Assembly: GCA_044892525.1 (NCBI GenBank)
Contig: CM097887.1
Location: 80,826,397 to 80,890,396, forward strand
DNA: 64,000 nt
Origin: Schmidtea polychroa
Lineage: Eukaryota
Direction: 5' to 3'
The translations under genes and the position numbers were made by a program. Under the pieces are notes generated by a model. That model was not told the origin of the DNA. It did no database searches and saw nothing but the letters and a program-made list of their open reading frames with translations. Shown here one piece after another: positions 34,379-45,029 of the stretch. The first letter of the stretch is position 1, and every line of letters begins with the position of its first letter.

Positions 34379-35767
34379 ATGGATAAACGACAAAGAGAAG
34401 AGTTCAGAGAGATTGTCGAACAAGTCCGAAAATCTACAACGATCAGAATACACAAACATGTTATGTGCGGAATATGTGAAAAGTTGCTAAAAGAACCCCA
34501 CCAAACCCTATGTGGATGCAGATTATGTAAGGAATGTATCAGTGAAGCAATAAAGAATAGACCACAGTGGTGCCCGGTGTGTAAAGAGACATTAATATCG
34601 AGTTTAGAAGACACTAACGAGGATAAAGCCGCAGTGAAAGACATGTTAAACACCAATCTGGGATGCAAAAATACCCCATGCGAATGGAAAGGAGTAATAT
34701 GGAAAGTAGTGCAACATATGGGAGAATGTATGTACAGAATCGGCCAGTGTGAAAGGTGCCATAAAACCATTCGAGCAAGCGAAGAAAAAGAGCATCAAAG
34801 CCAGTGTGAAGAGAGACTAGAAAGATGTAAACATTGTGGAGAAATAGATACGTGGAAAAATCTCACCAGCAAACATCACAATGTCCAAGAGGAAAAGGTA
34901 TGTGCAGAGTTCAGTGGGGAATGCCCGAACGGATGCGAGGAAGGGAGAATAATAAAAATAGCCCAACACCTAAAGGAATGTGAAAGGAAAAGAATGACAT
35001 GTGTACTCGGTAAATGGGGCTGTCAGAAGCTACTACACCGAGGAGAGTTACCACATCATTTAGTAGAAAATGCTTCAACCCACGCAGAAATGTGGTCGAC
35101 TGCGCTACAAGAAAGTGAAGAGAAAGTAAAACAAATGGAGATAGAGATAACATCGTTGAAAGTGTTAGTCAAAGAACTACTAGAAGAAAGAAAAGCGTTC
35201 GAAGAAGCCCGAGCTAACATAAAGATGCAAATAAATCGTATAGAAATCAGCAATAATCAGGCCAAGGTGCTACATCAAAAGATAACTGAGATAAATCTAA
35301 ATGAAGTAATACCAACAGCACCCTACGTGTGGAAAATAACGGGAGTAAAAGAAAGAATACGAAAAGCCAAAACCGGAGAAGAGACAAAAATAACGAGCCC
35401 CGCATTCCAGTCTTGGAAAAATGGGTACAAAATGAAAATGAAGATATATCCCAACGGGGACGGAACCGGATTAGATACAGACTTTTCGATTTTCTTTCTG
35501 TTATGCAAAGGGGAATACGACGAAATAATAGAATGGCCGTTCCAGGCAAAGATCGATATTGCACTAATGAATGACCGAAGCATCCACGAACAAAGCTTCA
35601 AGACAACGGGAAACCAAATGTGTTACCAGAGACCTACGGAAGAAGAAGGATCAGCAACGGGAGCGCCTACGTTCATCCTACAACAAAAAGTAGAGGATAT
35701 GGCGAGAAATGACACAGTATATATCAAGATGACTGTGAGGAAAGAGGGGAAGGGTAGAACGGAGTAA
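34379..35767 (+). CDS. Intact, intronless TRAF (RING, TRAF zinc fingers, coiled coil, MATH domain)
   Basis: CGIC..CGCRLCKEC..CPVC RING; Cys/His fingers; MATH YVWKI..SPAF..GYKM..IYPNGDG..FSIFF..GEYD..WPF. Confidence 0.95.
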   Translation: MDKRQREEFREIVEQVRKSTTIRIHKHVMCGICEKLLKEPHQTLCGCRLCKECISEAIKNRPQWCPVCKETLISSLEDTNEDKAAVKDMLNTNLGCKNTPCEWKGVIWKVVQHMGECMYRIGQCERCHKTIRASEEKEHQSQCEERLERCKHCGEIDTWKNLTSKHHNVQEEKVCAEFSGECPNGCEEGRIIKIAQHLKECERKRMTCVLGKWGCQKLLHRGELPHHLVENASTHAEMWSTALQESEEKVKQMEIEITSLKVLVKELLEERKAFEEARANIKMQINRIEISNNQAKVLHQKITEINLNEVIPTAPYVWKITGVKERIRKAKTGEETKITSPAFQSWKNGYKMKMKIYPNGDGTGLDTDFSIFFLLCKGEYDEIIEWPFQAKIDIALMNDRSIHEQSFKTTGNQMCYQRPTEEEGSATGAPTFILQQKVEDMARNDTVYIKMTVRKEGKGRTE

Positions 35768-35923
35768 CCCATCGAATAATGTTGTATATACTAATCTGTA
35801 TATATCGGTGTATATATCCAATAACATATTATATAATAATAGTATGAAAAACCCTAAATACGAAAACCCAAAAATGATGCGAAAATTTCCGAAAAAACAG
35901 TAACTAATGAATAAAAATTTTCC

Positions 35924-37015
35924 ATGATAAAAAGATTAATAGATATCTATGATTTAGAAATGACACAAGAGAAAATAACCGAAACTACGATAGCCCCAAC
36001 CAATATCAACAAGACACAAATTCCCCGAGAATATAACGAAAAATGGAACAAAGTAATGTTCCAACTAACTAATCTCACCCGAAATCACATCGAAGAAGCT
36101 AGAGAGGATGAGAACAGTAAATATCAATGGCTAATACACAATTTAAGAGAGGAAGCAGAAGCATGTAAAAGAGCATCAAAATGGGCGTCATTAGAAAATA
36201 CCCGCCAAGAAGCACACAGCCACTACTTGAAACAGCTAGTGCAGGAAGCTAGAAAGAGACTCACCGATGAGAACACCAAGCGCGAAGCGGAAAAGCAAAT
36301 AGAAGCGAGGAAAATGATGCACTTAGTGGCAGAAGCGAGAAAATGGAAAAGGCAAAACAGTGAAATGAAAAAAGAAATGAAAGAATTGCCCATGAGACTC
36401 GGATATGAAAGTGAACAGGGCAAATGGGAGGAGAATTTAATAATAAAAGAAGAATTGAAACGGTTGAGAAAGCTCGCCGCCGGTAGCCAAACATGGCAAA
36501 CAAAAGCCATGGAATTTGAGCGACATTTGGCAATAAAATGCGACATAAGAGAGCACGAGAACGCCGCAATGGAAGAGATGATAACCCAACAAGCAGGACG
36601 GGTTGTAGAATTAGTGAATCAGGTCGTAGAGATGAAAAGAGACCTTAATGGATTACAAGGATCGCTGGAACAAAGAAACATGGTCCTAGCTGGAAAAAAT
36701 AAAAAATTAGAAAACGAGAGGAAAATGTATACCGAAAATATTAAAAACTTAGAAATAGAAATTGAAAAATGGAAGGGCGACGAGAAAATCAAGGCCCTAG
36801 ACAGACAAATAGAGGTGAAAGACGAAGAGACAAGGTATCTCACCTATCTGCTCGACGAAGAGCTGAACATCACTCGAGCTCTAAGAGACGAAATTAATGA
36901 GTTGAGAGCCCAAATTCCCCAATATTACATACCATATGACCCTATTGCTATCCAGCTACAGGCATCGGTCGAAAGCGATGAGGGATACGTGGGCCAGGAG
37001 GAAACCTTCGTATAA
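35924..37015 (+). CDS. Coiled-coil protein of unknown function (363 aa)
   Basis: Long intact ATG ORF with E/K/R heptad character and the same A-rich codon style as the element. Confidence 0.7.
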   Translation: MIKRLIDIYDLEMTQEKITETTIAPTNINKTQIPREYNEKWNKVMFQLTNLTRNHIEEAREDENSKYQWLIHNLREEAEACKRASKWASLENTRQEAHSHYLKQLVQEARKRLTDENTKREAEKQIEARKMMHLVAEARKWKRQNSEMKKEMKELPMRLGYESEQGKWEENLIIKEELKRLRKLAAGSQTWQTKAMEFERHLAIKCDIREHENAAMEEMITQQAGRVVELVNQVVEMKRDLNGLQGSLEQRNMVLAGKNKKLENERKMYTENIKNLEIEIEKWKGDEKIKALDRQIEVKDEETRYLTYLLDEELNITRALRDEINELRAQIPQYYIPYDPIAIQLQASVESDEGYVGQEETFV

Positions 37016-37127
37016 GGTGATTAAAAAGATAAAAAACTAAAAATCGGGACGTTTACCCAAACAAAAAAATTAAAGTATTGTAAAAGTATTCAAGGGACTG
37101 TAACCCAAACTATTAAATTTTATATAA

Positions 37128-37898
37128 ATGTATATGTATAAGTCGCACTATAGCGCACCATTAACTGTACATATTATAGATATGAAAATCGAGGAAATAA
37201 TAGAAATTATGAGCGACGTAGAAGAGGGAGAGATTGAGGCAGAAACAACAGAAACACAAACGTTAAAGGCCGAGTTACGGGAAGAGAAGTACGAAAACGA
37301 GAGACTAGTAAACAAATATATAGAAGACCGAAAAATGATTAAAATACTAAAGAAGGAGTGCGAAGTGCTAGGAGAAATAAAGAGAGAAGCCGAAGAGAAG
37401 AATGAATGGCTGCAAGAACAACGAAAACGAGGAAGAAATTGGGAAAAGATTGCAGAGGAACTATGGCAAGAGAGGGCAAGCTTCAAGGCAGAAGAAGTAA
37501 TCCAGGATTATTGGAAAACAGAGGCGAAAGAACGCCAAATAACTATAAATAAATTAAATCGACAATTGGAGGAAAAACAACGAGAAAATGAGGAAATGAA
37601 GAAATGGATTCGCAAATACCAAGAGATCGAGAGAAAACAACAACAACAACAACAACAACGAAACCTTTCGCAGGAAAACGAACAAGATTTCCTACAAATC
37701 GAACTAAAAAGGAATCTCGATAAAAAACGGGAAGAAATTAGAAGATTGAAAAAGGAGATAAGGCACATGAAAAGGGAGGCCCGCGAAAAGAACAGACAGT
37801 TGGAAATGCTGCCCGAGTTAAGACACATAGTCATTAAAGCGGAATCCACCCTGATGAGGGTCGCCGAAAATAATCCCAAAGGAGAACCGCTTAACTAA
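37128..37898 (+). CDS. Coiled-coil protein of unknown function (256 aa, polyQ)
   Basis: Long intact ORF, E/K-rich helical, with a CAA repeat. Confidence 0.65.
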   Translation: MYMYKSHYSAPLTVHIIDMKIEEIIEIMSDVEEGEIEAETTETQTLKAELREEKYENERLVNKYIEDRKMIKILKKECEVLGEIKREAEEKNEWLQEQRKRGRNWEKIAEELWQERASFKAEEVIQDYWKTEAKERQITINKLNRQLEEKQRENEEMKKWIRKYQEIERKQQQQQQQRNLSQENEQDFLQIELKRNLDKKREEIRRLKKEIRHMKREAREKNRQLEMLPELRHIVIKAESTLMRVAENNPKGEPLN

Positions 37899-37936
37899 AC
37901 ACCACTAAGACCAATTGTAAATATAATGAATAATAA

Positions 37937-38596
37937 ATGTATAATAGTACAATGCAACGCGGAGTGGCGATAATCATAATAGTAGTGATGCATCTGATGG
38001 AAAGCCAACAAACCAATACCCAACCGAAAATTGTACGAGATTTCCGAAATCCGAACCAAAAATCCATACAAGAGTCCTGTCAATGCTCATACCCCAATGC
38101 AATAAAAGCCAACATCATCCAAAATCTCCAATCAGTCCAATCATATGTCAACAACATCAGAATGATATGTAAAAAGAACCCCATGTGTAAAATATTAGAT
38201 AAACGAATACTCGAACAAATCCAACAATTCGACCAATTGAAGCAACAAGTGCACCAAGAAGATCTTGGAAATCTCGCAGGAAGTACAAAAACACCTCCCG
38301 AAATCAATGACACCCATTATCTCATATATGTGGTGATCGCAGAGACCCTCCTCCTATGTCTACCAATACTCATGAAAATTTACGAAGTTAGAAATAGATG
38401 TAGAATCTCGACATCAATAAGAGTAACCTCGAACCAAAATCCTCAAGAAGTGCCCCTGACAAATCTTAACCCAACCCCATTCCGACCTTGAATCCCGAGT
38501 AACCAACCAATCCAGCCGAATGCTAACAGTCAGACCTATCTCAACATCAATACCCAAACCAACCAACAGCCGCCAGCAGAAGCAGCAAATGGTTAA
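37937..38596 (+). CDS. Small predicted type I membrane protein (signal peptide, Cys-containing ectodomain, TM); probable premature TGA at 38489
   Basis: GVAIIIIVVMHLMES signal-like segment; TM YLIYVVIAETLLLCLPILM; the frame stays open for 34 codons after the TGA. Confidence 0.6.
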
Positions 38597-38827
38597 CAGT
38601 TCATAAACTCTAACTCAAACATTTGTGTTATTATATGTGGAAACTTTTATTGTATGTACAAACTATCACCTTAAGTGATACTTGCTTGGTCTTGATTTGA
38701 CCTATATCTTAGAATAAAATTTTTTTTTATTGTAGTATAATTGTTTCGATATATCCTTTTTATGAATGCATGAATTAAGATAACTATGCAATTGCGGGAC
38801 GCAATTTTGATGGGTCCCCGAGTGATT

Positions 38828-41800
38828 TGTTGGGCTGAGCCGAAGGGTAGCTGAGAAATCAGGTTAAACTTAACTAAAGTAAAATAAAAAATAAAATAAA
38901 TAGATTGACGAATAAAATAGAATAGAATATAAGAAAAAGCAATAATTAGAAAATAAGAATTAAAACAAAAAATATAAAAATAAGAACAATTAAAATAGGA
39001 CAATAGAATGACAAAAAATAACGTAAAATGTAGTAGATAATAAGGAAATTAAGGAAAATAAATAAAAACACAATAAAAATAAAGAAAATAGGAAGAAATA
39101 ACTCAAAAACAAGAAAAATAAATTAAATTAATAAAATTAAGCGGTACTCAATTCTGATTGGTCCGCATAAACGAAAAATATCTATATAAGTAAACAGCAA
39201 ACTCACTATAGTCAATGTTAAAACCAAACCAATTACAGGTAAGAAATAGTATTAAGTAATGTAAAATGTTAAAACCAAACCAATTACAGTTACAGGTACT
39301 CGACAATCCAGAAAACCGACCGACACTCAGACGACTATTAGGAACAGTTCTATTGACAATTCATTCATATAACCGATTTGATTAGTGTATATTTCGGCTC
39401 AGCCTTTGGAATCACAGAATTTTTCAAACAATAAGTAAGGATGTATTGCTATTGTAAAATTTGTTTTTTCAAGGATTAAATATTTTATTATATTAACGTA
39501 ACTTTTGAATAAAAACTTCTCCATTCGATCTCAATTTTTTAATGATAATATAGTTCGTAAATTAATTTAAAGGTTAATGATATATGAATGTTTATGATAT
39601 GTTTTGTCGTCGAACGTATTGATTGTGATAAAATTATTTTTGAGAAACGTGGAGTTGAGGAGACCCACGCCATGGTGTGAGGAGCCTTCGGGAGCTCAGC
39701 CGGCGGGTGTGGATCTCTTCAATCACGCAGCTGACGTGGGCCGGAATGTGGGGGTTTCCTCACGGGTCCGTCGCTGAAGGAAGTAAAATGCTGCAAGCAC
39801 GAGTTTAAAGTATAGAGGAATGCATTCAAATATTGAAAAGTAGAGCAATCTTAATTGAAAATGACTGAGGTGGCTACAAATTCTTATTAGACATCACACT
39901 CTGAAATTTCATCTGACATCAGAAATCGTATTCTTGCCTCAACTGACACTCTATCTTCTAGTGGCAAAATACTCTTCTATCAAAACTCACGTCAATAGAG
40001 AAACTGAGTACTAATATGTTCATTAAATGTAAAATCATAATATAGGAAGCATAAACGAAGATTTATTCAACAAAAGTTTTAGTACTAATATATTTTTCAA
40101 CAAACACTTTAATTTTTTCATTTCTCCTGAAAATCCACAATAGCGGCAACATGAAGTTCTTTCTATAAATGACTCTTTCGACCAATATAGGTGGAACTCT
40201 TTTGAATGAGTTGCTGTAAATATTCCACGAAATCACAACATCCAAATTGAAAACCGGAGGAAACTGCACATCATGAGAATAAATTCCAACGTTCATGCTC
40301 GATGAGAACTAATCATAGGTAGCATATTGAATAACTGAAATAAATCCAACTCGCGGTGTGGGACGATCAGCTGCAACCCGTTAACGTAGATAATGAGAGA
40401 GCAGACGAGACAAGTCACACGCATTGCTACACATAAATACACACTTACATATGCCGCATGCATTATTTTCCCAGTCAGCTAATGACGATGAGAACAAAAA
40501 TTGAAGTACACGCACATGACATAATTATCTCCGATCGATATCTAACTTTCAGATTCATGTTGTTAATGAGTTCTACGAGTGAGCTATGCATTACCGGATG
40601 ACTGTTATCAATTAGCTAGATTTCATAGATTAATTGCACCAGTAAATTCCATAACAAAAATGAATAGATCGATTTTCAGGATAGGAATAAAAATCTAATC
40701 ATACTCGAATCCTTAAAAATCTAATGGTAGCACAGTGATTGAATATGTTTTTTCGATTTTCATATACCAATATGAATTACGATTTGAGGTAATTAATTTA
40801 AGGAGCATTCCCGCGGCACTAGAGAACTTTGTTTTTACGTTTTTTAAAGATAAATAACTGTATTCGAAAAGTTATATGTAAAAATGAATATTAATTATTT
40901 AATTATGCAAACATTCTAATGTTTCCTAAACAATTTCTACGAAACCGATAATTCTAACGTTCACTGGGTCAATACATTTGCGAGTCATCTTTCACCTAAA
41001 TATTTGAGAATCTCAGATAACAATAGGTAATGGATATTCTAAGTATAATCATAAACTTTTGGCAAAGTATTAATCAGATGTTAATTTCTCTTGCAACCCC
41101 AAATAGACATCCAAGAATTCACTGAATGCAATTATAAAACACTATTTCTAACGGAACCATATCATTGACCTTTTATCCATTTTACTTAATTTTTCGAAAT
41201 TAATAAATGATCATGTCCCATGCTGGTTTAGTAGAAATCGCTGATCTTAATTCTTATTCTCATTGTTTTTTCTTTGTTACAGTTATCAAAAATGTTGCCA
41301 AGCTCGAGGCCGTCGCTCAAACCCTGTTTCTCCTGTGCCGACAAAAACACCGTAATCCGAGAATTACAGGCCCAGATCGGTCGATATAAAAAGAAGATCG
41401 ACGATCTGGAAGGTACATGGTTTAGCCCAGTACAAATGAAGGAGGTGCAAAAGAAATTGTACCGCAGCGAGCATTGTCGCGATGCTTTGATAAGCGAAAG
41501 TAGAGCTCAGCGTAACCTAATCAAAGAGCAGTCCGAAGCTCTACATAAAGTTTACGTTCAAGCCGCGACAACCCCGAAGATCGTTAGTATCCCGATTAAA
41601 GAAGCGGACAATATCTTCCCCGTCCACCATGAACCTTCATTTAGTTCACCACCCTTATCAAAAAGATCTTGTCGTGAATGCGTGGAGGCCGACCTCTCCC
41701 CCAGGCCAACGGACGTACCTACTCCCGGCACCGGCAAGGTATTGCCATCAACCACGACGTCCTCAGAAATCTTGTCTGCCAACCCTTCGAAACCTAAACG

Positions 41801-42618
41801 TCGCCAATTATCCAGAGCGGAGCGTAAGAAGCGTCAACGCGAACGAGCAATCGTCAAACAACGAGAACTATCTTCCAACCACCCAAGTACTTCGAATGAC
41901 CCCCCCGTAACGATCGATCTAACCGTAGGGATCCCAGGGCGAATAATATCTGCCGCTGGCGTGACTTGGGAGGAGAATGCCTCCGAGGTTTTTGATCTAG
42001 ATGAACTATTGGCGGATGCAGAATGGGAGAAGTGAGAATCGCAACACAATACAACCGTGCAGAGTGTTAATGGACAAATAAACTATCATGACTCCTTTTC
42101 CTCTTAATCCATTTTCCACTAAGTGTACTCGTTATATAGTGCCATAATTATATAGTGTATTATGATAATAGAATAGAGAAATTTGTGGGTTATTTCTTGT
42201 TGTTGTTTTGATTTAAATAGTTGTTGTAAAGGTTTAGAGTAGTGTTCACAAAGTGATCCATAAAGCGAGAGTAAATTTTGAGTCCGAGAGGCAATAGTCA
42301 ATTTTGTGTCAAATTATGGGACAGGGTAGAGAGAGAATCTGATGAGGTAAACAGACGTAAGTCCTTCCATCGGCAGTCAGCAAGGGAAGTCGAGGCCTCA
42401 GTAAGGAGTAGTCCTAAGGTAGGGGCTCACCTGCTTACTGGAGTCTCGCCGGCATAGCACATTTCCAACGTGAAGCAATTCGCGGGTGCTATGTTGGAGA
42501 GTAAGTTGTGCGGGGTCCTGCTCCGGGTTGACACGGCGTATGTAGCGTGATGATATGGGCACGCATCCCCTAGACAAAGATGTAGATTGAGCAGAGTCAA
42601 CCGAGCGCTACCCCAGCA
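38828..42618 (+). repeat. 3' LTR (3,791 bp)
   Basis: Direct repeat of the 5' LTR. Ends CCCAGCA followed by the TSD CTGT. Confidence 0.97.
41207..42035 (+). CDS. 3' LTR copy of the LTR-encoded ORF
   Basis: Identical to 14734-15562 except for one S/N change. Confidence 0.65.
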
Positions 42619-44119
42619 CTGTCAATAAAACGAACAGGCGATTTGATAATATACGCGATGAGAGAGATAAATTTTTCTGTAGTGGTGGGAATAATATTTA
42701 ATTCCCAAGAAGGAAAATTTTTCAGACCATACTTCAATGTAAATCATACCCCTCGAATTATGAAAGACAACAGGTAACTGTTTCTGAATTCGCCGAGACA
42801 CATTAGATTTCCTACAAGCAACACCTAAATACTTACCTGAGAAGTTGCAATAGTCCCTAACTCTATCTACAATAATTTTTTTACAAAGGTAACCGGTTCT
42901 GGAATATCTATATGCCCGCTGTTAAACGAAAGACAAAGTTTGAATAGGTTTACGCCCATTCATTTCGTAATATGGCAGGACAATTGTAACACCAATTTCC
43001 TCCACCTTACGAAGGAAAGACAGCACACAATCATCACCAACAAACTCGTAATAAAATTTTGTATTGTTATAGTTATTAATTGATACATTGCCTGCTGTCA
43101 TTTGCAAGTGTTTTTGATGATGGGTAATATCTTCAGGTAAAATTGCATCAAAATCGGCATATATCACGAATTGCGGGGTGATTGTCTCGGAATAATCTTT
43201 AAATAATAAATTTTTCTTTTTAAGGAGTGTATATAAAGTAGTACCAATCTGGTTCTTATTGCATAGTGCAACATGCACATTAAATGTTTTTTCATGTCGA
43301 AAACTATTGAGACAATAAGGAAACCATTTTACTCTAATCCAAAGGTGGCAGGAACTACTGGGGTGTGAGTTCATTAATTTTTATAAATTAAAAACTGCGG
43401 TATAATGGAAATTATCAACGTCTTCCAATAAAAGTAAGTATATGGGTTCACACCTATAACCTTAGATCGGTGAATGATATCTAATTGAGGATGATGTGGA
43501 ATATAATTATCGTCAACTATATTTTCAAAAGGTTTAGCTTGGGTCTTTCTATAAGTTAATACATTAATTGCCAAATTTAATTCCTTATTTTTCAGCTCAA
43601 ATTTAGGAATATCACATAATTTCATTGGACAATCGGAATCGGGATCAAAATTTCACTCGTCGAGATAATTTTCATAGGAACTAACTTTATTTCTATTTAT
43701 ATGTACAATATTACGTTTTAAAAGTGCTAAAATACTATATATAAAGCACATGTGATCGGTGGACGTTTACAATAACTCTTTTTGGATTAATGCTGATGGT
43801 GTGGGGATATAACTATGGCCAGCTAGCCTATTCATGTGGTATATTTATTTAGAATAAAGTCTATTTCTTTAATTTTAACTACCCGCCATCCGATTCCTAA
43901 ATATGTAAATTTTTCTATTTTATTATTTAATCTGGTGATTCCATTAATTAAAATATTTTCTGAAAATACTTTGGCGCTATTAGAGAAAAAATTATCTCTA
44001 ATTTCCCCATCTTTCTCGAATTGGATTAAAACGGTGAACTGAATTTTAACTGGGCCCATACCTTTGATTTCGGCAATTAATTTATTTATAATCTTATTTG
44101 AAAGGGAAATTTGCACCAA
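42619..44119 (-). pseudogene. Polinton pPolB (copy 2), N-terminal/exonuclease segment upstream of the insertion
   Basis: IEKFTYLGIGW, GYIPTPSALI, PQFVIYADFD and ...KSPVRFIDS, which joins MQF on the far side of the giant element. Confidence 0.88.
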
Positions 44120-44700
44120 GTTATCCTTTGTATTCTAAGAGCTTGGATTCGGTAATAGGGAAGTTTAATGATGAGAGTAAAGAGCTGGGCTATAACGAGT
44201 TGGTTTTCTTGCGCCCTAAGTGTTATAGTTTGTTAGGAGATAAGGCAATACTTAGGGCTACAGGATTTCAGTTAGAGAACACTGAGATAGGGCACCAGTC
44301 TTATTTAGACTGCTACAACAACAGCGTAGTATATACGGTGCCACAAACGAGAATAGGGACTCACAATCATCAGCTCTTTACTTTTAAGAATAATAAAATA
44401 GCCTTGTCGATCAACGATGACAAGCGGCTATGGATGGGTCCTAATACCAGTCTAGAATATGGACATTTTTAGGAGTCAATGTTCCAGATGTTCACCATGT
44501 ATTTGAAGTTGATCCACGTTTTGGCGGAATGAGCCCGAGCTTTGATGATGATGATTGAGATGAATCACAGAACAATAGATTTGAAGTTGGTCCTCTTTTT
44601 GGCGGAATGAGACCAAGCTTTTGTGATTCTAATGACAATATTGACTCTGATGTAAATAATGATGTAAAAATTGATAATGACACTTTTTATAATTTGCAAT
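44098..44700 (+). pseudogene. Polinton pPolB C-terminal fragment (copy 3) with a probable acidic tail
   Basis: DSVIGKFNDE, LRPKCYS, KIALSINDDKR, YGH. Confidence 0.85.
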
Positions 44701-45029
44701 AATAATATTGATAATAAATATTAAACTCTATTAGTATCTAATGATGGAAAAAGTAATATGGTTTAAAACATTTTATAATGTGTATTTGAAAATGAATGTT
44801 GCAGTGAGCATGCNNNNNNNNNNNNNNNNNNNNNNNNNNNNNNNNNNNNNNNNNNNNNNNNNNNNNNNNNNNNNNNNNNNNNNNNNNNNNNNNNNNNNNN
44901 NNNNNNNNNNNNNNNNNNNNNNNNNNNNNNNNNNNNNNNNNNNNNNNNNNNNNNNNNNNNNNNNNNNNNNNNNNNNNNNNNNNNNNNNNNNNNNNNNNNN
45001 NNNNNNNNNNNNNNNNNNNNNNNNNNNNN

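Larger units (their letters stand above)
12355..42618 (+). mobile_element. Giant (30,264 bp) Ty3/Gypsy LTR retroelement with env-like gene and captured apoptosis/immune-signalling genes
   Basis: Paired LTRs TGTTGGG...CCCAGCA, 4-bp TSD CTGT (12351-12354 / 42619-42622), PBS, gag, and PR-RT-RH-IN order. Confidence 0.97.

Noticed and set aside
33900-37145. Baculovirus late-promoter (DTAAG) motifs before the 3' cassette genes
   Set aside because: A 5-mer is expected by chance in AT-rich DNA, and there is no viral RNA polymerase context.
19149-37879. Numerous minus-strand ORFs rich in S/F/L across the element
   Set aside because: They are shadows of the A-rich, E/K-rich sense ORFs, with no recognisable motifs.
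16802-38491. Alternative genetic code explaining the in-frame stops (e.g. TGA=Cys)
   Set aside because: All three stop types occur, and the host tetraspanins end normally at TGA and TAG.
44492-44683. Minus-strand ORF with repeated LGLIPPKRG
   Set aside because: Better explained as the antisense of a duplicated acidic pPolB tail on the plus strand (FEVxPxFGGMxPSF), reachable by a frameshift at the GHF end.
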